Positions 29,167-42,366 of a stretch of DNA of 64,000 bases are shown in pieces. Made by a program: the position numbers and the translations under genes. Under the pieces are notes generated by a model. The model was not told the origin of the DNA. It saw only the letters and a program-made list of their open reading frames with translations, and did no database searches. Source of the stretch: Calcarisporiella thermophila CBS 279.70 (Eukaryota; Fungi; Calcarisporiellomycota); assembly GCF_041956535.1 (NCBI RefSeq), contig NW_027192191.1, positions 309,267 to 373,266 on the forward strand. Direction: 5' to 3'. Positions within the stretch are counted from its first letter, which is position 1; each line of letters starts with the position of its first letter.

Positions 29167-30092
29167 ATAAACAGTATCTTGACGTTTCTCTACCTTTTTC
29201 TTTTCCTCTTGCTGGCGAAATAAATGTGATATATTTTAATAAAAAAGTAACCAAGAATACCAGTGGAAAAAGGATAAAGCTACGCCCTCCTGCAACGACC
29301 GAGAGAGGCATCCATGTAAGATATAAACCCAATGTATTGCAAATCGCGAGAAAAAAAAAATAGAGAAATATATACTGAAAATCAGCTTTTAATTGCACAG
29401 CTGTTGCTATTAGAAACTAGTATAATATTTGTTCGCCCGGTGTTTTCTGTGCATTACACTCTCTCGCTTCGCATATAGGAATTCACTGTACCCAAAACCT
29501 GACTGTTGGAGGTTATAACAGAGACTAATCTTTAAGTTGATTGCAGACTCTTATTTTTCAAGATTACACGTGGTACTGAAATAAATAGTGTGAAATAAAT
29601 ATTTAGAGGGCTTACTTACTATGAGATGGGTAGTATTGAAAATAGCTCGGTCTTTTCTGTTTCTCCCAAGACGTCCAAAACGGCGACAAAATGTCAGATG
29701 ACGACACAAGCTCCAACCTGTAAAATCAATGTATTAGCTATCCACCCAATCAAAATTCAGACAGAATAAGGGTCGATAAATTATTAGGGATAATTGCGCA
29801 AAAGGAACATGGAAATATTGTGCAAAATAGTAAATATGTCGACACTATAAACATGAAAGCAGATTCACCAAGAAACAGCTTTGCCGCCCATGGCATTTCG
29901 AATGGAGCTTTTGTAACCGGGAATGAATCCACAGATAGCATAGTTTCGCCTCTCTTCTATAATAAAGCCGTTTGTGTTGTTCCATCCATTCAGGAGAAAT
30001 GCATATAAAGAAAATATGTTAAATTCAAAAAAATTGTCACATTTTTCCCTCATCTCTTAGTCAAAAAACCAAATATTCTCAAGAGATAAAGA

Positions 30093-30488
30093 ATGGAACC
30101 CAACCCACCGCCAGCATATATTTACAAGATCCTTCTTCCATCCGAGATCTCTACCTCTAGTCCCGACTCCTGTACCGCCCTCACTGATCTCCCTACCGTT
30201 ATCTCGCCCACTCCTTTTGATTTGGCCTCTGGTTTTGTCCATCTTTCGAGTGCCGGACAAGTCATTGACACACTTCGTCGTTTCTTCGCCGAGGTGGATA
30301 AAATTCTACTTTTGCGCATTGAATATGACTCAATTCGGAATCAAATTCAATGGGAAGATGTGCCCCTGGAAGAAGGGACTGTCAAGTTTCCTCATTTGTT
30401 TGGAGAGATCAAGAAATCAAATGTAAACGATCTGAAATGGGTCGAGCGTAACGGAGATTGGGTCTCCCCCGATCCATTCTTGATATGA
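30093..30488 (+). CDS. DUF952 family protein, intronless
   Basis: IYKI, D..SGFVHLS..QV..T..RFF, IQWE, FPHLFG motifs. Confidence 0.88.
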   Translation: MEPNPPPAYIYKILLPSEISTSSPDSCTALTDLPTVISPTPFDLASGFVHLSSAGQVIDTLRRFFAEVDKILLLRIEYDSIRNQIQWEDVPLEEGTVKFPHLFGEIKKSNVNDLKWVERNGDWVSPDPFLI

Positions 30489-31114
30489 AAGTTTTGTCTT
30501 TCTGCCAGAATTTATAATCCTATCCACCTGTCTATTTCATATAACAACTATCTTATTTTTTAACGTTATTTATCTTGTACCTTTCATTGAAATTGATATA
30601 GTCTATAATATAGGCTATTTCTGCGCCACTCGAGTCTCTTTCTACTCTATATTTTATACTTGATATTTCCAACAGTCGAAGTTTTGAACTATCATAGTGA
30701 TCACCTCCACTTCCTTTGCAGGCTGGCCGCATAAGCTTCTTCTCGGTATGCACACATGGCCGAATCAATGAAATTTGAAATCCCTACATTGTCTATATTG
30801 AACCGTTGAGCTCGAGCCATTTCCTAAATTGTGCAGCTCTTTAGAAAAATGCAAATGTACTTCAGTCTATTCAAACTATCCTGCTATCCAGTAGTTAGAG
30901 AGAGCCTGAAAGAAAAGTCTAAATATAGATATAGAAAAATGATATCAAAAATAATTAAATGGGGATATGGAAAGCAAAAAAAAAAAAAGACTAGTAAAAT
31001 ATAGAATAGAATAAAATAGAACAAAGATGCCAGTATAATTATGCCTGGCACTATACAAAAGCTGGGGAAAAGTCCATATATGAAAATCGTTCTGAATCAA
31101 GTTCTAACCACAAG

Positions 31115-33532
31115 CTATGCTACCCAACTACGCCGTCTCCTTAGAGGCATGGCACGGACAGCGTTCTCCACAGATGCATCCGCGTCCGTTTCCGTAATTT
31201 CACTTTCATCCGCATCACCGTCCTGCTCTGATAGCTCCTCCCTACTCGGCTGGTAGGGATGTCTACTGGTAGGGGGAGCCGCGCGATGACTTGCCCGTTG
31301 CTTATCTTCCATAAGCTGTCGCGGGTCATAGAATTCTCTATCGTAAGGATCGTAGTACACAGATCCGTCCCAATCCCGTGCGTTTTGAGAGCGCAATGAT
31401 CTTGAACCTGAATCTCTCGAATCAACCGACCGTGAACGATGCGATCTGTTTTTACTCTTATGCATCCTGTGTACCTCCTGGCGAGGAGGGAGGCGGTGCG
31501 GGAATAATGGCTCCGTTTGTGAAGCGACGGGGTCTTTTGCGAAAGAGGATAAAAACCCTTTTTTTGCCAGCACCCGTTCAAGTTTCTCCTGCCCGCGTGC
31601 TAGCTGTTCAAGGATTTGCTGGTCACGCCTACGATGCTCAATTTCTCGCTTGTAAAATTCATCACGCTGCATTTGCATTGCTTGAAGTTGTCGCTTTAAT
31701 GTATCAACGCCATAATCCACCGTAGAATTGTCGGATTCTGCGTTAGTGGATCTGACAGGTTGTTCAGGATGAATTCCGGTAACATCACTGCTGCTTGCCA
31801 TGTCTGTATTAGAAGCGGCGCTCTTGCTGAGGATTGGTATTGCAGAGGAAGAGCTGGCCGCAGAGTTAGCATAATGTTCAGAATCATTTTCTTCAAGTTC
31901 GGACTCTTCGCCAAAGGTTGTTGTAAGTGGTTCGCTGAACGTGACCGATTTCGAACGCTTTCGGTTAGGGGGTTTGTTCCCCGTTGTTCCCGAATCTGAA
32001 GCCTGAGAACTCTGTGTCTCTTTAGTTCCCGACACTGATTTCTGCAGGCTAGTGTATGTCGGAACTGGCTTTCTCCTCGTATAACTGCCAGTAGCTTTGA
32101 TGGGCGCATTTTGTGATAATGTCATAGATTCTAAAGTTTAAAATATCCTAAATTAAAAAAAAAGGTTCCAAGTCCGTTATAAGAAGAAACCTACCCTGCT
32201 TAATATTCGCCTCGCTCTGAGTCACACTTGATTTGGGGGCTGCTTGGCTAGTGGCTGGCTGCTTATCTATGCGAGTGGATTGTCCTTGGGCATTTGTAGA
32301 TGGGTCGTAAATATTTGTAGGCCAATGGCCGCCCTCGTACCCATTAGGTGAAAACAGTGGGTTTTGATAGGGCATAGAGGTGGCATTCAAATAGGGAACC
32401 TGGGGCTCTGGCATTCCATTAGAAGTTGGTATATTACCGACTTGAGGAAGGGGAGGGATAAACATAGCTGGTGGACGCGGGGTGTATCCAGTGGTTGCAA
32501 TTCCAGGATTAAACACACCTGATTGATTGAAGCCAAAAGGGGGGGCAAAGCCTCCATGTCCAATATTAGCCATCGGGTTGCCAGTATATGCCGGCGAGAA
32601 ATGAGGTTGGTGGGGCTGCGCAAAATTCATTTGGGGCGAGTGCGTGTAGGTGGCGCTTGGTATGCTACTTGCTACATTTGCATCTTGAGCGGAAAATGGA
32701 CCGTATCCTCTCATTCCAATCATTCCGGGATGTATCCCAGGCAAGTTCGGGTGCATGACTGCTGCTCTCATCGCGGGAGACCCAATTCCAGGATTTAGCG
32801 ATGCAGAGCCCAGTGCTGGGGAGTTCATCCCAACAGCCATGGGATTGGTATTCATCATGGTAGCTCCCATCATACGTGCCTCCAGGCCTGGCATAGCCAT
32901 AGGATTTGGTCCCATTATCCCTGGGCCCATTGACAAGCCTCCACCCATCATTCCACTTCCCATGTCTCCTGCAGCCATAGCCGCCATCATGGACGGGCTC
33001 ATCACATTCATATCTAAAGCTGGTGAGGGTATGGATCCAAAATTCACACCCATCGATCCAGGAGGAGCTGTCTGGGAAACGCCCGATTGTACGGGAGAGG
33101 GGCTTGCGACTAAATTTTCGGGGTTAGGGTTCGACTGAGCCGGCGCAGGAGAAGGAGTGGAGGGAGCACTAGCTACTTGATCTAAAAGAATTTTTGGATA
33201 TGTATATTACACGCTCTTAAATATTTACAATATCACAAAGAAATACCAGTAGCGACCTCTGGCTGTCGAATAGACCATGGGCCAGAGCTAGTATATTTTG
33301 ATTCTGGTTGCAAATAAGGGTTGGATTCGACATCTTCGACAAACCTTGGAATCGTTACGATACTCCCAGCAAAAGCCTGCAATTTATGTAGCGTAGTAGA
33401 TCCAGCGGGCTTCTTTTCGCTACGTGTTGGGGATGCCTTTTCTGGCGAAGTCGAACCGGGTGATCTTCCCTGGCGATCTGGCGATGTGTCTGGTGGAGGA
33501 TCCCCAGTCTTTTTCAGTAAATTACGCAACAT
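31115..33532 (-). CDS. Uncharacterised disordered protein: Met/Gly/Pro-rich region, RVxF motif, short coiled coil; 3 exons
   Basis: GT-AG introns (~33182-33246, ~32131-32195) join three long ORFs; no recognised domain. Confidence 0.7.
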
Positions 33533-35250
33533 GAGTGAAGCAATTTAATATGCACCGCGGTAGAATAGTATTGTAGATTAGGAAATGAAAAATAAATCCG
33601 TCAAGGGGTATAGAAGAGGGAAATAAATTATCGTCACTTTAAACAGCAACGATTCAGTGGAGATATAAAGAGAACAGCGGTGAGTGATCCCAATAGATAA
33701 AGGGGTTTTACATAGATAGAAATAGTATTCAATGTTGTATAAAGCAGCTAGCAAGAGTATTAGATCTGCCAAGTCAAAAAAAAAAACGCGAGAACTATTA
33801 TTTAATAATAAAATTCAATCTGCTCTATCAAGATGAAAGAGCATTCTAGCCAATACACGTGCTAATCCCAAGAAAAGTCGCCCTCAACGCCATAATTATC
33901 GTTTCGAAAGTGTGCTAGATTTGCCACCACGTCGTATTCATGAAACGAGGTATCACTTCCTTCTAGAAATCTACAAGGAAACCTGAGCCTAATTATATCG
34001 GTAGACTCCATCAACGAACAATGAACGTGCTATAAATATCATAGAGTTAAATCAACGAGTCCTTACCTACGCACAACATCCATTAATTGCTGCAAGGTCA
34101 AGCATTCCTTTTCCAAAAACTACTTTGTCCAGTTTACACCACTCGACTTTGGCAACAGGAGCTTGGACTGATTTCAAAATTGGGCTCTACCATAAAAGAG
34201 CATCCATTACGGCTTGTAACATGAGGTTCGCAATGGTATGCTTACGCGAAAATGATCAAACAAAGATGCGAAGCAGATCATGCAGGCTTTGGCCATCCCC
34301 CACCAAGTTTATCCCCCGAGACTAACCAAAGAGAAGGGATGACAGACAGGTTTTGAGTAGGTCGATGACAAAGAGTCGGCTTTACTCTACCAGACATGCA
34401 TCAGCAGTCAAAGGCTAAAATCGCTAAATAAGGGGCCGGAAAAATTGGATGCCAGCCCGGAACCCCAGACAATGCCACCCAAACATTTTCCTCCATAGGG
34501 AACTACGATTTTATCGAATCTAGCCAGCGGAGGCTGCGCCAGGCCCTGAAAATATCTGGTAATGGTGAAGGTACCGATTCCCTAATGGTCGGCAGTTTAT
34601 CCTCGAATTTTTTTAATTAGCAATTATTCGTTTTAAACACGGACGTTTCAAAAATTGTGTTTTACGTAAACGGTTTCAGACACCCTATTAGAGTGAGGCG
34701 GGTTTGACGTGCATTATTAAGACTACCGAAGTATTATTCAAATCGATCACCCAGGCTTTTCGTGACCTCAAGGGCGCGATTAAGTAAAGAGTATGTGAAT
34801 CACACTTTCCGACACGGTGTTGTAGTCCCTAGCCGAAGTGTTGGTGGGGGGGGGGGGGGCCGGGGAGATGTCTCCCAGGAGCCCGGCATCTTCTTCTCTG
34901 GCCATCTCCCGCAAAAGCAAAAAAGCACGGCTCCACACTTCCCACAAGCGTGTACCCCAATCTCAGCAAAACCCTTATCAGCTCGCCGAGAAGGCGATGA
35001 CTATAAAGTGTAAAAAATGTAACCTCTCACGAAAAAAAGCCCAAAAAATTGCACCATGCTCAAGCGCTTTTATTAAGAAATGAATGTATATAAAGGTTTA
35101 ATGCCTCCAGGAAGGAGTAAGCTAAGAAACTGAAAAATTACAGTGAATATGCACAGAAATAAAGCCGCTCCTCTTGCTCCCCTCATTTCCTCCCTCTACT
35201 AGTGAAAGATTATTGTTCAGAAATAGATAAAATACATTAATGGTTTTTCA

Positions 35251-36123
35251 TTATTTCAATCCAAATGCGCAAGGCCCGTCTCGCAGATGTCTTGCCAATG
35301 CATCGCATCGCATAAAGACTCGCATACATACAGGGCATGCATTGGATCGCAAGTGTAATTTCGCATGGCGGTTCCTGTCGTGCTTTCGTGCGAACGCCTT
35401 GGTACAACCGTCGACCCCACATACAAACGGACGCTCTGTGGTGTGCGTTCTTAAATGGGATTTGAAATTATAGGGACGGTGGAACACCTTGTTGCATCCT
35501 GGATGCTTACAAGGAAAATAACCCGGTAGTTTCTGCTTTTGCTTTGTGCCGTTTGATGTAGACATAGAGGACGATGACGGTTGAGTTTGCAGCTGCCGCT
35601 GCTGAGATTGGAGAGGTATAGAAGTCGGTACAGTTACAGGCATTGGGGCTCCGGGAACTGGCGCCGATGTAAGTGAAGGTAAAGTAGACATAGTGTCTGT
35701 GGATTGAGACATCCCAGGGTTGAATAATGTCGGTGGAGCAGCCGAGAAATTCAAACCCGACATGGTGAGAGCATCCATATCCATGACCAGTAAATTTGGA
35801 ACAAAACTCGAAGCTGGCATGGATGCTAATGCTAATGAAGCTGCTGATGCTGGAGGCGGAGGCGGAGGTGGAGGTGAAGTGGAATCAGCCGGATAGCTGC
35901 AGGTGTCGAACGCGGGATTCCCATGAAGTAAGTCGCGCTGTCCCTCCGTCCAGAGTGCACTTGGTTCTAGCATGGACGTCGATTGTATCGGGGTCGTCCA
36001 TGTCCCTGGTGCCGAATTAATGGGCTCCAGTATCGTCGCGAGAGTGGAGGTACCATCATAACCAAGCGATAGCAAGTCTTCGTTAGGATAGTTCGTCATC
36101 GTTATGCAGCCGGCTTGTGACAT
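35251..36123 (-). CDS. C2H2 zinc-finger transcription factor with Crz1-like DNA-binding domain, intronless
   Basis: [49 protein letters not shown]...[17 protein letters not shown]. Confidence 0.88.
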   Translation of the reverse strand: MSQAGCITMTNYPNEDLLSLGYDGTSTLATILEPINSAPGTWTTPIQSTSMLEPSALWTEGQRDLLHGNPAFDTCSYPADSTSPPPPPPPPASAASLALASMPASSFVPNLLVMDMDALTMSGLNFSAAPPTLFNPGMSQSTDTMSTLPSLTSAPVPGAPMPVTVPTSIPLQSQQRQLQTQPSSSSMSTSNGTKQKQKLPGYFPCKHPGCNKVFHRPYNFKSHLRTHTTERPFVCGVDGCTKAFARKHDRNRHAKLHLRSNACPVCMRVFMRCDALARHLRDGPCAFGLK

Positions 36124-37060
36124 TGGTTTGCTTTGGAGATAAAAGGTATTTGGTTTAGTAGTGGGGTGTGAAATGCCTTCAATTTTGATGCCGTAGCTGG
36201 AGTAGTATTAAAGAAGCAAGATGATAACAAAAGGTTAAGTAAAGGAGTATTTATTTTCCCCTCCTTTTTTTTCTCTTTCCCCTGAAGTCCCACTATTTTT
36301 ATTTCTTTTGTATAAGTGCTCCTTATATATAAAAATCCAATCAGAGAATTGGCGGGCACAAGGTCTGGGTCAGGTTCCGAACTACGAAGAATGAGAATAT
36401 GCGCCCGAGGAATAAGAAATGGTTAATGTGAGATCGAGCCGAAACTTGGATTCTCTTGTGTCTTTTTTTGATTATTTTTCTCCTGACCTCAAATATAATC
36501 TGAAACTGGGGGAGATTTCTGGAGAAACCTACCTCTCAAGAATATAGGTTACAAAATCTAAACCCTTTCATATTTCTAAACTGTTGTTGCAGCTGAAGAG
36601 GAAAATTGTCTGGAATACTCCCCATTCATTGTACTCGGTTTTTCAGATCTTGTGGGGAGAGCGCACATACACACTTTGTACTCGCACAAGTATTTGCAGC
36701 CTTGAACATAAATCGGTGTAGCCCCATTGAATCCGATCGAATTCTCCCATGGGCAAGGAATTAATTCTAGAGGGTTTCGTCAGATCAGAAACATCCATTT
36801 TTCCGAAATCCGCGGAGGTCCAGGTGCAATTTCACCTTGCTATTCCCCCTCCCTTTTCTCGTTTAATCCAGCTCGCTGCCAATCAGTGTAGGGCCGGGGG
36901 GATTACGTTACGCTCTTAAACATATAAAACTGCTAATGCTTATGGTGATTTTCCTTTTATTGTAACACTAAAAACGGGAGCGGCAAAATGTGGAATATCG
37001 ATGACCATAATGCCCACTCAGAGGTCGCTAACAAAACACCGCAGCGAGCCATTTCCCGCG

Positions 37061-39461
37061 CTACTGCTGTCTTGCCTTTTTTGCCTTCACCTGCTCCGCT
37101 AGATACTAAAGTCCGTAAATAGCAATTGTGAAAGACACGTCAATGCCAATGTCAGTGCCGGAGATATAATAAAATTTTCCCACCTTCACGCGCAGCTTGC
37201 ACTCCCTCTTGGACCTGCCGGGTACTCCCTCTGCAATTTTATCCCATCGATCTACCTCTCCTTTCCAGCTCGGGGGATATGCTTTTAATGCACGTTCCAG
37301 CTGTCCCTGTTCCTCGGCAGTCCACGGCTTTTCGACACCCGGAGCTTTCGCCTCTGAGCCAGCCTTCTTTGCCCCCTCTCCCAACGCGCCCGCACTAGGC
37401 TTCCCGCCGCCGGCCATCTTCCCATCCCCCGTCGTTTCAAAGTCATACCTGATCGATTTTTCTTCCGTGATCGCCCCCTCGCCCCCCTGGCGTTTCGAGA
37501 ATTGTAGCCGTGCCAACGCTTCCTCTTGTAATGCCGCTCCACGCTGCACCTCTTTTGATTTCTTGATCAAATCCTCGTTTGAGCGCAAGGGCTGCCCGCT
37601 ATGATGGGAGACAAACTCGCCAATGGTTTCCCATCGTTGCTGCGTCCCACCTGGATATTTGTTCACTGCCTTGATGAGTAGGCTAATCTCCTCGGGAGAC
37701 CACTCGCGAGCGTTTTTATCTCGGGCTTTATCCTGTTGTTGCTGAAGAGTCAGCTTCCGCTCTTGCTCTTTCGCTTGTTCAATGCGATCCGTCGCGAATT
37801 CTTGAAAAACGGTTGGTTTCAGTGTGCCACGTGTCACCACGCGCTCTGCTTCTTCTGTCAATGGATCCCTTGCGGGAGTAGCCTCTAATTTCTCACGCAA
37901 TTTCTCAATCTCATCTAGGGTGAGGGAATCGAGCAGGGCATCGAGCTCCACTAGGATGCGTTCGATTCTTTCCATTGGAGGAGAGGAAACAAGGAAATAG
38001 TTCTGTTCTTTGACGATGGTCCGGATGACTTTTTTTTCTTTGCGGATGGCCTTCTTCTGACGTTCCCGATCTTTTCGCTCGTTAGCCGCCTAAAAAAAAA
38101 AGCAGTCGGTGGTTATTTTAATGGGGTATGTTATGCTGTTGTCAGTAGGGTTTGGACCTTTTCGCGTGCTGCAGCCTCCGCCTGTTCTTCAGCTCGCTTT
38201 CTCTCCTCCTTTTCTCGTCGTGCTTTCTCTTCTGCTAATCGAGCAGCTTCTTCCCTTTCTTTCCTTTTTGCTTCTTTGGCAGTCTTGTCTTCCTCCTTGA
38301 ATTTTTTCATGCGGGGATCAAGAGAAACGGCTTGATCTACACACACAAATAGGTGTTCTATTTACAGGAAATCTGCAAAACGCAAAATAGGCTAACTCTT
38401 CCTGCTTACCGACTAGTTTTCGTATTCTCGCATTATCCTCTTTCTTTCTCCGTGCTCTCTCCGCTTTATTTTTTTTCTCAATATACCGCTTGTCATCTCG
38501 GTTCTCAGCACTCCCCATATCTTCCTCATCCAAATACTCAAACGACCTCCAGCTGTCGAATTTGTACCAAAAATCGTAAAATGCAAACACATCCTCCCTT
38601 GATGTGTTATCGTCCCCCAAAGAGGGAACGGGTAACCTACGTGAAAATCGTGCCTCCCGCTCGAATACTGGCCTATAAAGTGGGAAAAAATCTCCCTTAG
38701 CCTTGAGCGGGGGAAGGGTATCCTCAACTCCTCTGTCGACGGAGTCGTATTGACGGCGGCGCTCTGGGTGACTAAGGATTTCATATGCTTTCTGAATACA
38801 TTTAAAGAACGAATCGTCGTCGGTTTTTCCAGTAGCAGCCGCCTTTTTATCAGGGTGGTGTTTTAGCACTTTACGGCGATCTATTATTGCAAACATCTGG
38901 TTATAACGATACCTAAACGCAGGCAGGAAGACTCGCGCTTACATGCAGTCTTAATCTGATTGGGAGTTGCTTTATACCGTAATTTGGATATTCCGAGAAC
39001 AGCATAGTGATCTTGCTCCTATTAGAAGAGAATGAATTTAACAAACACGTATCCGCTCACTTTGCATTCATTCTTTCTATCCCTTTCCATCCAAGCAAAA
39101 AAAGGGAACCCACCCCACCTTCCATTCCTTTGGATCTAATTCTAATAATTCAGGTGTCTCTTCCTCCTCCTCAATGTCGCCTCCTTCATCATCATCGTTC
39201 ATTTCCTCCTGAGCACGTCTGAGCGATTCAAGCCGCTCATCCTCAGAGAATGAGCGTCCATATAGAATACGGCGCGCATGAGCAAGAAAATGATGACCAG
39301 CGGCTTCAATTTGACGGGATTGGGTGTCTGGTGGATATTACATTAGGAGATGGCAATGATATGTATTAAACATAAAAACAGTTACCAGAAAGTGTGTGAT
39401 GAAGTTTGAAATTTTCGGAATCGCTTTTCCAGCTCGCGGGTTTCGATGGAAGTTCTAGCAT
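37061..39461 (-). CDS. ZUO1: Zuotin/DNAJC2 (MPP11) J-protein with two C-terminal SANT domains
   Basis: KHHPDKK J-domain, FYDFWYKFDSWRSFEY zuotin domain, WSPEEISLLIKAVNKYPGG and WTAEEQGQLERAL SANT repeats. Confidence 0.95.
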
Positions 39462-39681
39462 GATTTTATTGTATTTTTCGTGTCTTTTTTTTTTGCTTTT
39501 TCAGTTTCAAGGCTCTAAAATGGCTGCCAAATTTAATGTATCATTCATTATCCCGTTCCTAACCTACTGGTAAATCGTGAATTTCACGGGTAAACAGTGT
39601 GGCGCAGATTTTGAGGTATGGTTTTTAGCGACAACATTGGTGTAGTAAACCACTGTATCAGGATCTCCCATCCCACCTAGA

Positions 39682-40514
39682 ATGCACTCTATAGGAAGTA
39701 GAGCAACTACATTGCTTCGACGGAGTTTTAGTACGTCTGCAGCTCTTCGAGTTGGTCGGCAGCGTGCTACCTCTGCTCGTTTGGCTCCCTTTGCCGATTT
39801 CGACATCAATGATCTAGAGGAGTTCCGATTTGACGATCAAACCACGATGGGTCATGAAATGATCACCAATATTAGGGAAATTCGAAGCTATCTTAGAAAA
39901 GCAAAATACGAGATACCGACATTAGAAAGTTAGTACCGCTGTTTTGTTACTATTTTAAGGGGTGGCTTTTTGGGTGCTGTCTATCAGTGATTCTTATATT
40001 TTTGCAACATTTTTTTTTAGAGTACCGTCAAGAATTCGTTCCCCCCAAACCCTCACAAATCATATGCCTGAAGACGCACAATTACATGGGTGAATCCCAT
40101 CCAGTTGAGCGTAAGGTTGTAGCTACGATCAAAGTTGATTCCCTTGGGCTTACTCCCGTTGAGAGGCACAAGTTTTTACTGCTTTGCGGTCCGCGCTATA
40201 ATCCTGAAAAGGAGGAGGTGTGCTTCTCATGTGAACGGTTCCCATATCAAAGTCAAAACCGGAAATACGTATCCGACTTAGTGGAGAGACTGTTGGCGGA
40301 GGCAAAAGTAATATTATAAAGAGATTGACTTGAAAGACGTATGATAGATGGGCGAACTAATCCTCTGGCCACACTACAGGATAAGACGGACACATTTGAG
40401 GACATTCCGCTCGATTTAAGACATGTGAAGCAGAAGAAGGTGAAGCTAGAGTTCCCCAAGGAATGGGAAAGACCGGTGCAAAAAGCACCGAAAAACGAAA
40501 CAGCAAACGCATAA
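39682..40514 (+). CDS. RSM24: Mitoribosomal small subunit protein mS35
   Basis: Presequence; YMGESHPVERKV, HKFLLLCGPRY, SCERFP..QNRKY, DTFEDIPLDLRH, FPKEW. Confidence 0.9.
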
Positions 40515-40915
40515 TACAGAGCTAATAAAGATGAACTATTTATCAAAATTGGTTATACACCGTCTTTTTTTGACTTTTCCTCTCTTCTGCTAGCAAGAAA
40601 AGCACCACCGACACTAGACTGCATAAATATTACATCTGAATCTTTTCAATCAATAACCGTGCACTTTGTGTAACGGTGATACCGAATCAGAGTGGAGTTC
40701 ATATGTGAGGAAATGATGTTTATTAACGGCGCTCATCTCACCCCTTCCTTTACTCTCTTCCGAGTTTTACTAAAGAGAGCGGTTATTTTTCTGTTTTCAT
40801 TTTCTCCATTATTAATTGATTACTTTTCCATCCCTCACCTTTTTTTTATCCTCCTTCTTTTTATCGGCCTTTCTTTTACCCTAACCCTTCTGGGCACCCT
40901 CATCTCCTCTCTCCC

Positions 40916-40941
40916 TTGTTGTTGTTGTTGTTGTTGTTGTT
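40916..40941 (+). repeat. (TTG)n microsatellite
   Basis: read directly. Confidence 0.9.
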
Positions 40942-41138
40942 ATATATACTCTTTTTTCATATACTTAGACAAGCTCAATACTGCCGTCTAGGTAGCCTAT
41001 TTATTCTATTTTCTTTACTCCCCCCTTTTTTTTTCCCGCTTCCACTGAGTCCCTTGCAAGAATTGATACTATTCTTAGTAAGATAGTCCTAATAAAAAAG
41101 CGCCGATGAAAATATCTAACTCTATTGCATGTTAGCCC

Positions 41139-42261
41139 ATGACGGACATTGCTCCCCGGCCTCGATCAGCTCGAATCCGCAACGCCTCTGATCGTAGTAC
41201 CTCATCCACCGCTTCCTCGACCAAGCCCGCTCCCACTCGCCCAGGGTCCGCCCCACCGCCGGAGGAAGGGAAGCAGCAGCAGGCAAAACGACGCAAACGC
41301 TCGCACACTTCCGACCAGGCCCTATCCATCTCTAAAAATCAGAGTCCGATTGGGCAGCATTTCCGTCATTCTTCCAATGTGGAGCATCAAGCGAATGGAA
41401 TTAATGCGGAGCTCTTGTGCTTGGAGCAGATATTGGAGGAAGCTCGGAGGGACGAGCTTGCCGCGGGAAATGTTCCTTCGGTGCAGGCGAGGCAGACTCG
41501 TCCTGTAGACGAGGATGATAGCGACTATGACAGTGAGTTGTTACCTTGGATAGGGGGGTGCTCTGCTCTTACTAACGATTTTTGCAGAAGACATCGGTGA
41601 AATGAATATATTTCCCGTCAATGAGGCGAATCCTCTCAGCATGGAGCTGCTCTCCCGTGCACGCCGAAAGCGTACCCGCACGATTACAACACCCTACCAG
41701 ACTCGTGTTCTCCGAAAAGTCCTCGCGCTAACTGCTTTTCCCTCCACTCAGATGCGCCGGATGCTAGCCGAGGCCCTGAACATGAATCCTCGCACCGTGC
41801 AAATTTGGTACCAAAACCGGCGCCAGAAAGAAAAGTCGAACCGGGTCACCACGCCGCCGCTATCTCAAAAGGCGGTCACCGCTCGCACTGGGAGCGTCCA
41901 GCCATCGACGCAGATGACACTGGAGCAGAAACAGTCGTCGCCCAATCTATTTTTCCACAACATGACCGTGACCAGGCAGGAGCATGGCCCTACCACTTGT
42001 GGAATTCGTACAACCATCTCGGCCGGCGAAAAGATGGACATGTCGGGACTAGAGAAGGGGGACAAGGCGGAATCGCCTGCTACTAGCACAACCACCCCCA
42101 CCTCCCATGATCCACTGGATATGTTAGCTATGGCTGCGCTGGATCGCGCGAGGCTCGACGGAGAGACCCCCACTCCTCCAGCCACGGCCTCCTACTCTAC
42201 GGGACCGGCTGAGGGTATGGCTGGCCGTGAAGGCTCGCCGTCTCGCTGGCGGCCGTGGTGA
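41139..42261 (+). CDS. Homeodomain transcription factor with C-terminal WRPW (coding intron 41533-41587; likely 5'UTR intron 40992-41135)
   Basis: RRKRTRTITTPYQTRVLRKVLALTAFPSTQMRRMLAEALNMNPRTVQIWYQNRRQKEK. Confidence 0.9.
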
Positions 42262-42366
42262 CAAAAGAATTTGCTTTTGCTCATCTTTTATACTACGCTA
42301 TTTATTATTTATTTTCTACCTCATTCTTAAATGTCTTAGAACGGGACACAATATCGTATCCCAGTA

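Noticed and set aside
29620-29717. In-frame TGA after CVVI in the orphan exon as possible selenocysteine
   Set aside because: Not a CxxU/UxxC motif, no selenoprotein similarity, and no SECIS recognised.
33920-33928. PACE/Rpn4 motif GGTGGCAAA, plus a GGCGGCAAA variant at 44455-44463 before CDC48
   Set aside because: The exact copy is not at a proteasome gene and none was seen before PRE8; compatible with chance.
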